IMG/VR virus record: IMGVR_UViG_3300009417_000002
Location: 1-36,839 of that record
Reading direction: 5' to 3' (one strand)
From: a virus
Length of the DNA stretch: 36,839 bases
The position numbers and the translations under genes were made by a program. The notes beneath the pieces were generated by a model. It worked only from the letters and a program-made list of their open reading frames with translations. It made no database searches and was not told the origin of the DNA. Shown piece by piece: positions 24,601 to 32,886 of this stretch. The number at the start of each line of letters is the position of its first letter. Position 1 is the first letter of the stretch.

Positions 24601-26188
24601 CGTCGCCTACATTTAAACCTTCTGTTTTTAACTTCTCTAATTCTGCCAGTCCTTTTTGCGTAACATCTGGCAACCTTTCCAATTGCTTAACCGCATCATC
24701 TGTATTAACTGAAACATCAATTTCTGGTATTTTTATTCCGTCTGAAATGATTCCCGCAACTCTGTTATATTGCCTAATAATAAAATTTAATGCTTCACTT
24801 AAACTTTGCTTTAATGAAGTAAAAACTTGTATTATTGCGGATCTTAAACCTATATATGCTGACTTAATTAAATCAGCACTTTTTATAATATATTTATTTA
24901 TAAAATCTGATACTGCCACAACTACATTTCTAATTGTTTCAGTTACGCTTCTTATTACGGTTAGAATCCCGCCAGTTGTATCAGTAGTTGTAGATAAAGC
25001 ACCACCTAATAAAGCGTTAAATATTGTAAAAAATGGCTTAACAACTGCAATTGCTATATCAAAAACATCTTTAAATATTCCCGCTATTGGGCTGATTGCT
25101 GTACCGATTGAACTTGAAAGGAAGTTAAAACCATCTATCATTATAGATACTGCATTTATTGCATATCCACTTATAGTTGCTAAAGCTGAAATGAATCCAG
25201 ATACATCAAAGTTGCCTAATGATTCAGCTAAATTTCCAACTGCTTCACTTAATACATCATTGTCATTTATAACTTGTCCAATGCTTATTTTTATTGATTC
25301 AAATGTATTTCCTAGAACTTGAAAACCTTGAGCAACATTATTTGTTATGTCTGGTAATCTACTGGCTTTTTCTGATATCTGGGCAAATGCTTCGGCTTGA
25401 AATGCCAGTTTCTTTTCTGAATCAGTTAAGGTTCTTCCAACTATATTATTAGCTTCTGCAAAATTTTCATAGGCTGTTTTTGCATCAACAATTACCCCCA
25501 AGTTATCAAGTACCAGTTTTGACTGCCTACCAATACCAATAACTAATGAATCAACCGCATCTTTTGCCGTGATTCCCATAGCTCGCCCAAGCCTAATTGC
25601 ATCTTCTGATAATTGGTTCATTTTTCCAGAACCGTCATCAACGCCCAATAATAACGCTTGGTTTGAACTTCTTAATAAGTCCATATCAGAAATTAAACCT
25701 TTAGTTGCTGACTTTAAGCTATTAAAAGCTGTAGCACCGTCTTCGCCTACGGAAGCCTTTAAACCTTCAAATGCACTGTTTAATCCTTCAAATTCATTTG
25801 CTAAATTCGCCAATCCAATACCACCAGATACAATTGAACCAACTGAACCTACTAATTTATTAAATAATTCTAAACCTTGATTTGCTACTATTAAAGGAAG
25901 TCCAATTTTACCAAATGCACCACCTAGTTTTGATATTACGCCCGCTGATTTATTACTAGCTTCTGATAGTTTTTGAACTTTTGTTGATGCTTTATCAAAG
26001 TTAGCTGAAACATTTTTAGTTGAATTGGATATTGTATCTGACGCTTTTTTAAAATTTGCGGAAGCATTGTTTGAAACTTTACCGATTCCGTCCAGTTTAT
26101 CAGCTACTGCATTAAGTTTCTTTATGGCTTCTTGGGAATTAACATCAATAAGAATATCAACTTTGTTATCTCTTGCGTCAAATACCAT
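21677..26188 (-). CDS. Tail tape measure protein
   Basis: 1503 aa and the largest ORF, directly after the G/GT chaperone pair. It has a helical N-terminal part followed by long G/S/L/D-rich segments. If a lambda-type ruler (~0.15 nm per residue) applies, the tail would be on the order of 220 nm. Confidence 0.85.
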   Translation of the reverse strand: MVFDARDNKVDILIDVNSQEAIKKLNAVADKLDGIGKVSNNASANFKKASDTISNSTKNVSANFDKASTKVQKLSEASNKSAGVISKLGGAFGKIGLPLIVANQGLELFNKLVGSVGSIVSGGIGLANLANEFEGLNSAFEGLKASVGEDGATAFNSLKSATKGLISDMDLLRSSNQALLLGVDDGSGKMNQLSEDAIRLGRAMGITAKDAVDSLVIGIGRQSKLVLDNLGVIVDAKTAYENFAEANNIVGRTLTDSEKKLAFQAEAFAQISEKASRLPDITNNVAQGFQVLGNTFESIKISIGQVINDNDVLSEAVGNLAESLGNFDVSGFISALATISGYAINAVSIMIDGFNFLSSSIGTAISPIAGIFKDVFDIAIAVVKPFFTIFNALLGGALSTTTDTTGGILTVIRSVTETIRNVVVAVSDFINKYIIKSADLIKSAYIGLRSAIIQVFTSLKQSLSEALNFIIRQYNRVAGIISDGIKIPEIDVSVNTDDAVKQLERLPDVTQKGLAELEKLKTEGLNVGDAIATGQEQSKSAISSTQKAVQSLNQQLQQTQQSISSVGASSGAISTGGVANTGNITADTSSASSSVSNLTGSLSSLFAKTKGGSIDMGNLCEKLSCVADKDFSDVGSSVGDLGSILKSVVGEGFDLESAFGGIGKIFKDVDLGNVFGGIKDAFSGGGGDLLGGIFENINLDSVVEGGKNILGTFSDVKGLFDDFSLDKLSSTFNSLDSTLESSFDFNLSDKLGLDGLLDNLDLGSLDSSKLKGSVKGIVNILDGDLKGGLTDIGKTFAPDLIKSFNFSGGTSNAIANSVGTLLQDGINSDSILKVAGSSFGKVGEATAELITDGFSSSSIKNIAVAGAGQLASQFIPAGDILVNTLTGDLEDSFASTGASVTTIASTLGSVFFGPLGGALAGLATTFINDAFGSKNVGGQAREGITKGLNQIIKDASLDLDTFKGDGTLDFLKGSFELTKDAFGDISNTGGITAEIDKIKNSLGGLGEESFSTFDTLGKTFAKVLDPDDVAGASNVINSLFVNLKGDTEQLKQLMEGAGLGFDGLLQSVATQFESGDATAFEFLSTIEELKKQFGDFDTSILGGLDIQADELINTNGVDTFIDGTLTKIGSLQQNLNGIFEGQDFNIAGLAETNSDILQFITNLDEANDFESFDFSGLDASKVIEGIRSIGAELGLSEGEIGEAINRIQGTIGEGLNFENLDVETSVGGLASSLGLAIDDVQSILGQQGVDFGIGQLFNLQDFDPTQLDGLANAVGLTVEELKVQLESVSAETDLSGVFGTIFEGVNLEELNLGEGGIGAISEALNSIGAEGITSFEGLASASTGLKQQLATMIPEDLQKKLGIFDTLKLDTVEATQGFVELNGVVGEQMPEAFSQLATMIDFTGGSSEELTFKLQEMQGQGLLTEGQLLQIGEVEFDKLQDSMAGFGDATLSTQDKIELLRKSIDGIPDSISTDYQINVSSNVTDATAQDVLDGGVDLPEGNG

Positions 26189-26190
26189 AA

Positions 26191-26900
26191 TTAGTTCTTA
26201 TATTTTTTAGCCTTTTTTTTCATTTCGTCTTGCCACTTCTTCTGTTCGGCTTTAGCGTCTTCTTCGGCTTTTTTCTTAGCCCTAAGTTCCGCAACTACTT
26301 CTTCCAGTCCAAGAATTAAATCATAACCCAATCTAGACGCCCCAGAATCGTCTAAGATTTGATTAATCAACCTATCTGGCACACCCAAATTCATTGCCTT
26401 CTTGTAGTTTAAAAACCCGTTGATTACTTTCGTAATCTCTGAATTAGTAGCTAATTCTTCTATAGGGCACCCAGAAGCTGTTAAACATCTGGGCTTGATG
26501 CCCTTTTCTAAATATTTATTCTGACAACTGCCACACTCTAAGTCTGGATCAATTATCAATAAATACTTAAACCTTTTCTTAACTCTTTGGACTATTGCTT
26601 TTTTGCTGTTTTCTCATTTGATATATTTGAATTGTTTATACCTTCAATAAACGCTTCTGATATAAATTGAAAAATTTCCAAGCTATAATCTTTTAAGTTG
26701 TTAATCTTAACCTTCTTACCATCTACCGTTAAACCGTCTGCTTTAACTAGATTTTCAGCATAAAAATCACATTGAGCATCTAATCCCAATTTGCTTGCTT
26801 CTTGTAGTTGCATTGTAGTTTTTGGTGTTACTGGTTTAAACTCAAAGTTTACCCCTTTGTGCTTAATTTTGATGTTTTTTGTTTTAAAGTCCATAGCCAT
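26191..26900 (-). CDS. Tail assembly chaperone GT fusion made by -1 programmed frameshift
   Basis: The downstream frame is open from 26613 and is in the -1 frame relative to G. Slipping at A_AAA_AAG gives ...TAKK/AIVQRVKKRFKYLLIIDPDLE..., a fusion of about 236 aa. The track-listed TTG start at 26559 is probably not used. Confidence 0.7.
26592..26900 (-). CDS. Tail assembly chaperone G
   Basis: 102 aa, lying between the major tail protein and tape measure genes. It ends 4 nt after the slippery heptamer. Confidence 0.7.
   Translation of the reverse strand: MAMDFKTKNIKIKHKGVNFEFKPVTPKTTMQLQEASKLGLDAQCDFYAENLVKADGLTVDGKKVKINNLKDYSLEIFQFISEAFIEGINNSNISNEKTAKKQ
26598..26604 (-). promoter_or_regulatory. 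Slippery heptamer A_AAA_AAG (-1 frameshift site)
   Basis: The mRNA reads GCA AAA AAG CAA TAG in the zero frame. This is the same heptamer as the E. coli dnaX site. Confidence 0.75.
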
Positions 26901-26918
26901 ATATCCTATAAAGTTAAT

Positions 26919-26945
26919 AAGTAGGAAACAAAATATTTCCTACTT
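26919..26945 (-). terminator. 10-bp perfect stem-loop right after the major tail protein gene (attenuator / mRNA stabiliser candidate)
   Basis: AAGTAGGAAA-caaaata-TTTCCTACTT. It lies 36 nt downstream of the stop at 26981. Confidence 0.5.
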
Positions 26946-26980
26946 ACATATTATTACAAGAATTAGGTTATACCTATTAC

Positions 26981-28117
26981 CTAAACTAAATAATCTGTTG
27001 ATCTCTGGTTACAGATCACAATTTCAAACCCATTTGAAGTGAAGTTTGGTATTGTATTATTAGAATCAAGAACTTTAAAAGCTACTTGATAAGAGTTTAA
27101 TCCCGCATCAGCTAAACCGTAAGTTGGTGTTTCAACCATACATAACTTCGGAAATCTAATTCTAATTTCTTTATTAACACCACCGTTTATCTGCTCGCCT
27201 AATATTACTAATTCAGCTTGATAAGTGATATTATCTTTCCAATCACAAAATGATAAGAAACTATTTGAAACTAATTCTTTAATTCCAATTGTAAATGTAC
27301 CACTTGGTTTTCCCGCTTGGGAAGGCTCGTTACATACATCACCAGTCATTTCAGCAATAACTTCGTGCGGTTTTTCAACTGACAATTCAAAGTTTGTAAT
27401 TGCAAACTTATCTAATAATGGATCTAATGCTGTATCAGTACCGTCATCAAGAACTGGCTTAATTAAAAAGTATGATTCACATCTAGCAATTACTGATTCG
27501 TCATCTGTAAATGCTAAAGCATCTAAATCTGTTAGATCATTTGTTTCTGTCCCGTCGCAAACCATATCATTTGCAACCATTTTTGCGTTCCAAGTAATAT
27601 AACTATCTAATGAATCCATTGATATTGAGAAACTTTCAACAAATGTTGAAGGTAATTCAATAATATCATTTTTAGTTATTTGAAATGAAAGGGTTCCAAA
27701 GTGTCTGTCCCAATCGCCGTTCCAACTAAATATATGGCAAAAGTCCCCTTGTCCCGCTGTTACTTCCCCAGAATTAACTACTGTTCCCATTGCTTGGGCT
27801 AAAATTCTATCAAATCCAGTTTGAAAACCTAAGTCCCCAGTTAAATTTACTCTATATTCTCTTTTACCCGCATCACATTTTGTACCAAAACCAGTAGTTC
27901 CACCACAACCAATAGTTCTTCCTTCGATTTCTTCCGAACTGAACTCTGGTGTAATTTCACAACAAATTTTTGCTTCTGTGAATACATTAAAATCAACCGC
28001 CGTTCCGTAAACATCTGGTGTTAAACCACCGTTTGTTACATCACAACTGGAATTTTCAAATCCCATTAAGGCTTGGTCGCCCCTAATTGCACTACTATCA
28101 TTATTTCCACAAGTCAT
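26981..28117 (-). CDS. Major tail (tube) protein (positional)
   Basis: 378 aa, immediately upstream of G/GT and the TMP. It has a very strong leader (ATTTAGGGGGATATTATG) and a hairpin after its stop. Confidence 0.7.
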   Translation of the reverse strand: MTCGNNDSSAIRGDQALMGFENSSCDVTNGGLTPDVYGTAVDFNVFTEAKICCEITPEFSSEEIEGRTIGCGGTTGFGTKCDAGKREYRVNLTGDLGFQTGFDRILAQAMGTVVNSGEVTAGQGDFCHIFSWNGDWDRHFGTLSFQITKNDIIELPSTFVESFSISMDSLDSYITWNAKMVANDMVCDGTETNDLTDLDALAFTDDESVIARCESYFLIKPVLDDGTDTALDPLLDKFAITNFELSVEKPHEVIAEMTGDVCNEPSQAGKPSGTFTIGIKELVSNSFLSFCDWKDNITYQAELVILGEQINGGVNKEIRIRFPKLCMVETPTYGLADAGLNSYQVAFKVLDSNNTIPNFTSNGFEIVICNQRSTDYLV

Positions 28118-28131
28118 AATATCCCCCTAAA

Positions 28132-28623
28132 TTAACATTGTTTATTTAATATTGCGTAATATGAAGTCTGTCCAATATAAATTGGCTGTCCTTCATTTAT
28201 CGGCTGTCCTTGAACTATACTTGGATATTCTCTATTCGGTAGCGTATGAGTTACCGAAGAATCCCAGTTACTTTTCATAGGTTCGTCTTCCATTAAGCAA
28301 TTTAAAATATCGAAGAACCTTTGAAGTTTTCTTTGGTTCTTACAAGTATCTTCTAATATGTATTCTATCAGAATTCTGAATTCGTACCTATAGCAACAAC
28401 CCATATCAGCGGGTATTGATCTTCTTTGTATGAAGTATTGAATAAAATTGATTTCGCCTTTACAAGTTACCTTCTTCATATCGCAAGAAGTATCTAATGT
28501 ATTTAGAACATTGCACCCGTGAATAAGGCTAGTAAACTCACGCATACATTTATGATTAAAAAGTTTTTCAAATACTGGATAGATATTATCGGAAGTACAG
28601 CAATTTTGAAGGCAATCACTCAT
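28132..28623 (-). CDS. Head-tail joining / tail terminator-sized protein (positional)
   Basis: 163 aa with N-terminus MSDCLQNCCTSD. Function unverified. Confidence 0.45.
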   Translation of the reverse strand: MSDCLQNCCTSDNIYPVFEKLFNHKCMREFTSLIHGCNVLNTLDTSCDMKKVTCKGEINFIQYFIQRRSIPADMGCCYRYEFRILIEYILEDTCKNQRKLQRFFDILNCLMEDEPMKSNWDSSVTHTLPNREYPSIVQGQPINEGQPIYIGQTSYYAILNKQC

Positions 28624-28741
28624 ACCCGAACCACCATACGCCTACTGTCAAAACCTATTGAAGTTTCTGGAACTCCGTCTGAATCGTTATCAAATTTAAC
28701 ATATAAGTTCTTTAATAGTTTAATTGCTTGATCTTCGTATC

Positions 28742-29386
28742 TCATACCCAGAACCCAATATTATCGTCTGGAACTCTGCTATGGTGTAAATAAACTTCTG
28801 CTAGTGTCTTTCTAATCACTACTTCTTTTAATGCTTTAGAATCCCAAATTCTGCAAGATTTATTGCAACAAGAAGAAATTTCAGCTTTTAAACTACTAAT
28901 TGATCTTTTTATAAATGGTTCTATATCGCCAACGCACGCACAAATTTCATTTTCTAAAGTAGGATCATAATCAATAACATCTGAAACATTAATATTGTCC
29001 AAAATACTATGGTGTCCATATAGTCTAGTTAATGTAATTTCCCTAATTATTATATGCTCGTCTGTTGAACCAGTTAGTAAACATTTAATTGCTAAATAGT
29101 ATTTTTTATCTATATTATGATCGCTTGAAGGATCTGGATCTGATATTGCGGGAACATCAAAACATTTACCTTTAAAATCATTTGTATCAACCCAAGTAGT
29201 TATTGCGGTTGGTAATATGAAATTGTTATTAGTCCCAGATACTGAATTAATAATATCATCACGGTTTGGATAACTTTCATAGATTTGAATCCATAACGGG
29301 GTAATTTCCAATTGTTCATAATCACAACAATCTGCCGTTACTGGATAGAAGTAATATTTAAACGGTTTCCCAAAATTCTTAATCAT
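28742..29386 (-). CDS. Head-tail connector-region protein (positional)
   Basis: 214-aa ORF, followed by a 118-nt noncoding gap. Confidence 0.45.
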   Translation of the reverse strand: MIKNFGKPFKYYFYPVTADCCDYEQLEITPLWIQIYESYPNRDDIINSVSGTNNNFILPTAITTWVDTNDFKGKCFDVPAISDPDPSSDHNIDKKYYLAIKCLLTGSTDEHIIIREITLTRLYGHHSILDNINVSDVIDYDPTLENEICACVGDIEPFIKRSISSLKAEISSCCNKSCRIWDSKALKEVVIRKTLAEVYLHHSRVPDDNIGFWV

Positions 29387-29852
29387 TTAATTTTTTATAT
29401 ATAATCGTTACTAAATCTTTTTCAGTTATAGACTTCTTAAAACTAATTCCTAATGAACTGGCAAATGCCATATTCTCTGCCTTAGTGAAGTTTTTTCTTA
29501 TCTCTTTAATTGATAATCCTTTTAGCTTTTCTTCTACTGAAACTATCTTTTTAACCTTTTTAGGCACTTCTACTGGGGTTTCTTCTTCTTCTTTATTCTC
29601 GCTGTCCGCAAGTTCGCCCATTTTTTTATCTAATTCTTCAAGTTCTAAATTTTTCTTTTCTTGGAACTTTTCTAACTTTTCAAGTAGCTTGTCGTTCTTC
29701 TTGTCGATTTTTTCCAGTTCTTTTATATCAGATATTACATTTCCCTTTTTGTCTAAAGGTAGTTTTGAAACTTCTTCAATTACTCGCTGTTCTTCTTTTA
29801 TAAGTTCGTCCAGAACTTGGTTCATTTGTTCAGTTACTTTTTCTATTGTCAT
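29379..29852 (-). CDS. E/K-rich coiled-coil protein with C-terminal HeH/SAP-like motif
   Basis: 157 aa. The C-terminal LSIKEIRKNFTKAENMAFASSLGISFKKSITEKDLVTIIYKKL resembles Rho-N/SAP-type helix-extension-helix motifs. Confidence 0.45.
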   Translation of the reverse strand: MTIEKVTEQMNQVLDELIKEEQRVIEEVSKLPLDKKGNVISDIKELEKIDKKNDKLLEKLEKFQEKKNLELEELDKKMGELADSENKEEEETPVEVPKKVKKIVSVEEKLKGLSIKEIRKNFTKAENMAFASSLGISFKKSITEKDLVTIIYKKLND

Positions 29853-31348
29853 TATATATTCCTAAATGCTGTTCCAGTTAAATTTGCTGAAAGTGTTGGT
29901 TGATAAGTTTGTCTGCCGTATGCCATAACGCCTTGTACTGTAGAAGTTCCCGCAAATACGATAAATAAATAAAAATATGCTGATATTTGGCTTCTATAAA
30001 CCCTTCCAACGGCTGTGCTATTTCTTACATAAAGAAGCCCGTAAGAATTACAATTATTCCAATAAGCCCTAACATCAGATCCACCGTTATTATAATAATA
30101 AATCCTTCCGCCAGAACTAACTGTATTGTAATAAAAATAATTAGCCGAAGTATTATTTGCACACCATAAATAACCATTATCAGAAATAGAATTTTGATAT
30201 GCTCTAATATTTGTAGAATTTTGGAATCTTACATATCCATTGGTCATTACATTACCATAGTAAAAATATGGATTAGTATTTGTACCTAAGAAGTAAAGTA
30301 AGCCCCTACTTTGATTATTTGAATAATAAACCCTAGCCCCAGTAGTTCCATTTTGGAATAAAGTTCTACTGTTTGAACTTAGCGTTGATTGTGAAACTAT
30401 GTTTGTTAAACTTGTAGATTGTTGCTGTAAGTAAGCATTTGTTTGAATAGTAGAATAACTAATTCTTAATCTACCTTGCGTTACTTGAACATACCCCCTA
30501 CTTTGAACAGTTGAATATGAACAGTTAATTCTAGCACCACTAGATACAACTATATATCCTTGACTTATAATTGAACTTCTATAAAAATTAACTTCCGTTG
30601 CACCGTTCGCAATAATATAAGCAAATGCGTGAAAATTAGTGTCTTGAATTGCAACGCCAGTTGCCCCAGTTAAAGCAATTGATGCCCTTTTAAATGAACT
30701 TCTATAAACCAACCCTACTGCATCAGTTCCATTAAAACTTGTCTGATTTTCAAAACTACAAGCTATAATAGTTAAGTTGCCATTGATAACTGTATTGTTA
30801 TCTAAAACCCTACTTTGGTTAATCGTTCCCGTTCCTTGTTGAGTATATGCTGATTCTTGGCTAAAAGTATTTTCAGTATTAGATCCACCAATAATTGTAA
30901 CACTAGCTTGCGTATCAATTACATTTCTAATAAAACTACCACCACTATAAATTAACCTTCCGCCTTGCTTTACAATATTTTCATTTACTGTAGATACCCC
31001 AAAAGGAAAATTCGCTGTTGATATAGCACTTGATACTTCATTATTATTTACTGAATCAAAGACATATTCAATTGCCCCGTTGTCCCAGTCCATAACTGCG
31101 TGCCACCCTTCATTTGGGTTTAATACTGGGGAAGTGTAAATCCCAGAATCAGATAAAGAACCACTAGCTGTAGCATAAGCACCAAATTCAGCCGTTCCAC
31201 CCGCTAAAATATGAGTAACATCAATTGCAATATATAAACAACCTTCTGTTAAACCACCAGAATTTCTTAATGCTAAAATATTAGCCCTAGTATCTCTATG
31301 GACGCAAGGCTTACTGTCTGATTGAACTGTTCCCCTAGTAATCGCCAT
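29852..31348 (-). CDS. Tyr-rich parallel beta-helix (beta-solenoid) repeat protein; fibre/spike candidate
   Basis: The track start is TTG 31372. ATG 31348 (MAITRG...) has AAGGAAG 7 nt upstream and abuts the upstream stop, giving about 498 aa. The C-terminal ~260 aa (roughly 29933..30712) form about 12 tandem 20-23-aa units, for example VYYSNNQSRGLLYFLGTNTNPY, FYYGNVMTNGYVRFQNSTNIR and AYWNNCNSYGLLYVRNSTAVGR. Confidence 0.6.
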   Translation of the reverse strand: MAITRGTVQSDSKPCVHRDTRANILALRNSGGLTEGCLYIAIDVTHILAGGTAEFGAYATASGSLSDSGIYTSPVLNPNEGWHAVMDWDNGAIEYVFDSVNNNEVSSAISTANFPFGVSTVNENIVKQGGRLIYSGGSFIRNVIDTQASVTIIGGSNTENTFSQESAYTQQGTGTINQSRVLDNNTVINGNLTIIACSFENQTSFNGTDAVGLVYRSSFKRASIALTGATGVAIQDTNFHAFAYIIANGATEVNFYRSSIISQGYIVVSSGARINCSYSTVQSRGYVQVTQGRLRISYSTIQTNAYLQQQSTSLTNIVSQSTLSSNSRTLFQNGTTGARVYYSNNQSRGLLYFLGTNTNPYFYYGNVMTNGYVRFQNSTNIRAYQNSISDNGYLWCANNTSANYFYYNTVSSGGRIYYYNNGGSDVRAYWNNCNSYGLLYVRNSTAVGRVYRSQISAYFYLFIVFAGTSTVQGVMAYGRQTYQPTLSANLTGTAFRNI

Positions 31349-31349
31349 T

Positions 31350-32333
31350 TTAAACTTCCTTGTAATAATCAACTTCTAAAATAAAAGTATCAGTTCCATT
31401 TGCTATTGCTTGAAAGTTAGCCAATTCTTGGGCTATTCCGTTATGGTCTTCTGGGTTACAACCTAATAAGATTTGAAAATAATCATCAGATTTTCTTCCA
31501 ATTAAACCAGTTGGAACGCTTCCGTTAGCGTACCACCTTAAAGGATCACTTCCAGAAACTCTTTGAACTTGAATTATAGAACCTACTGCCCCTACTGGAA
31601 CTGTTAATAATTGAACTGTTGCACCTACTGTAATTCTTTCAGAAGCACCTTCTATTAAATCAAGTTTAGTATCTGCTGTTGGTATTAAATTTTCCCAATC
31701 CATACTAAAATCATATTTAGGCTTATTACCACATTTACATTTTAAAGTTCCAACTGGCGTATATGGGGCATCTGTTACTGGATCAAAGGCACCTATTAAA
31801 ACACCGTCTTCATATTTATTAACTGCACAACCTACGCAAACTTCATAATCCCAATCTAAAGGATTAGAATTAACTGCTGTTACTGTCGTTCCGTCCCAGT
31901 CAATTTTTACACCTACACCAATTACCGCCCCTTGATTAGTTTCAATAACTAAATAAACATAATATGTATTAGCGGGTAATCCAGTAAAGTCATAAGTTTC
32001 AGATCCGCCTAATGGAATAAATCTTTTAGCTGTAAATTGCGGAACTAATTGTGCTATTGTATATGAATCATTTGCACTTGGTGTTGAAACATCTGTAATT
32101 GTTACTTCTGTTGGGCTTGTAATTACTACCGTTGCTTCTGTTGTGAAAGTTTCCAGTACGCAATCACATAATTTACTTGAACCGCCACCATTTTCATAAT
32201 CAATTGGTGGTGTAGGTGGTGTTGAACCCGCTGTGATTGTAGTTACTGCGTTGTTATACCAAGTAAGCCAATACGCATCATCTATTGCGTGATTTGCTTG
32301 CTCTAATGCAATTATTGTTGCTTGATCTGTCAT
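31350..32333 (-). CDS. Hypothetical 327-aa structural-module protein, partner of the beta-solenoid gene
   Basis: The leader is GGGGGATTTAATG. The protein is T/V/G-rich and beta-type, with a PPTPP linker and Cys pairs (CDC, CVGC, CKC). Confidence 0.55.
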   Translation of the reverse strand: MTDQATIIALEQANHAIDDAYWLTWYNNAVTTITAGSTPPTPPIDYENGGGSSKLCDCVLETFTTEATVVITSPTEVTITDVSTPSANDSYTIAQLVPQFTAKRFIPLGGSETYDFTGLPANTYYVYLVIETNQGAVIGVGVKIDWDGTTVTAVNSNPLDWDYEVCVGCAVNKYEDGVLIGAFDPVTDAPYTPVGTLKCKCGNKPKYDFSMDWENLIPTADTKLDLIEGASERITVGATVQLLTVPVGAVGSIIQVQRVSGSDPLRWYANGSVPTGLIGRKSDDYFQILLGCNPEDHNGIAQELANFQAIANGTDTFILEVDYYKEV

Positions 32334-32353
32334 TAAATCCCCCGATTATATAA

Positions 32354-32641
32354 TTATCTGCTAAACTTTCTATCTCTATATTCAGCAACCTTTTTTGCCA
32401 TATCAACTGCTTGGTCGTTGGTCAATTTAGGATTTTCTTTTTTATAGTGACCCGCTGTAATATCTAGCGTTCTTCTATCTCTTTCAGATTGCGGAAGTGA
32501 TGCCCACTTTTGCTCTGCACCAGTTTTTGTATCTGAAACTTCAATAGAACTTAAATCACGGTCGCCTAATTTATTAACCAGATCCCTTTCAGCTTTGTTA
32601 AGCCTTGAATTTCTTGGTTTCATATCAAAATATTTGCCCAT
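32354..32641 (-). CDS. Hypothetical charged 95-aa protein
   Basis: ORF in the structural operon. Confidence 0.5.
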   Translation of the reverse strand: MGKYFDMKPRNSRLNKAERDLVNKLGDRDLSSIEVSDTKTGAEQKWASLPQSERDRRTLDITAGHYKKENPKLTNDQAVDMAKKVAEYRDRKFSR

Positions 32642-32661
32642 AATCTAAGTCCTATAATTAA

Positions 32662-32862
32662 TTAAGAAACTGCTTCTTCGTCCCTTAATGCTTCAATATC
32701 AGCTTTTCTTGTATCTTTCCAAGTTCTATGAGCTGTTACCCCCGCTGTATTAATAGCGTAATCTGCCTTGATTCTGTCATAAGAACCAATCGGTTTTGAT
32801 GTTAAAGTGTCAATCGCACTGTTTTGCCAGTTTAAAAAACCCGCATAATTTGTAAATCCCAT
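32662..32862 (-). CDS. Small abundant-looking virion-module protein, paralog 1
   Basis: 66 aa. Its 18-nt leader plus ATG is identical to that of the major tail protein gene. It shares HR(T/A)WKD(T/A)R and a C-terminal EE(A/T)VS with the ORF at 32887..33036. Confidence 0.55.
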   Translation of the reverse strand: MGFTNYAGFLNWQNSAIDTLTSKPIGSYDRIKADYAINTAGVTAHRTWKDTRKADIEALRDEEAVS

Positions 32863-32886
32863 AATATCCCCCTAAATGGTTAAAAT

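Noticed and set aside
23709-25880. Long plus-strand ORFs (273, 241 and 103 aa) antisense to the tape measure gene
   Set aside because: They are P/S/L/K-rich low-complexity translations with no ribosome-binding motif. They lie opposite a 1503-aa gene whose repetitive codon usage suppresses stops on the other strand, so they are typical shadow ORFs.
26191-26559. Independent 122-aa gene starting at TTG 26559
   Set aside because: It has no RBS. The frame is open a further 54 nt upstream and is in the -1 frame relative to the chaperone G ORF, which ends at an A_AAA_AAG heptamer. It is better explained as the T part of a GT frameshift fusion.
28624-28741. Hidden gene or frameshift in the 118-nt gap between the 214-aa and 163-aa connector-region genes
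   Set aside because: Only a 15-codon ORF is present. The downstream frame hits a stop 7 codons upstream of its ATG. I saw no slippery motif, so the gap is treated as noncoding.
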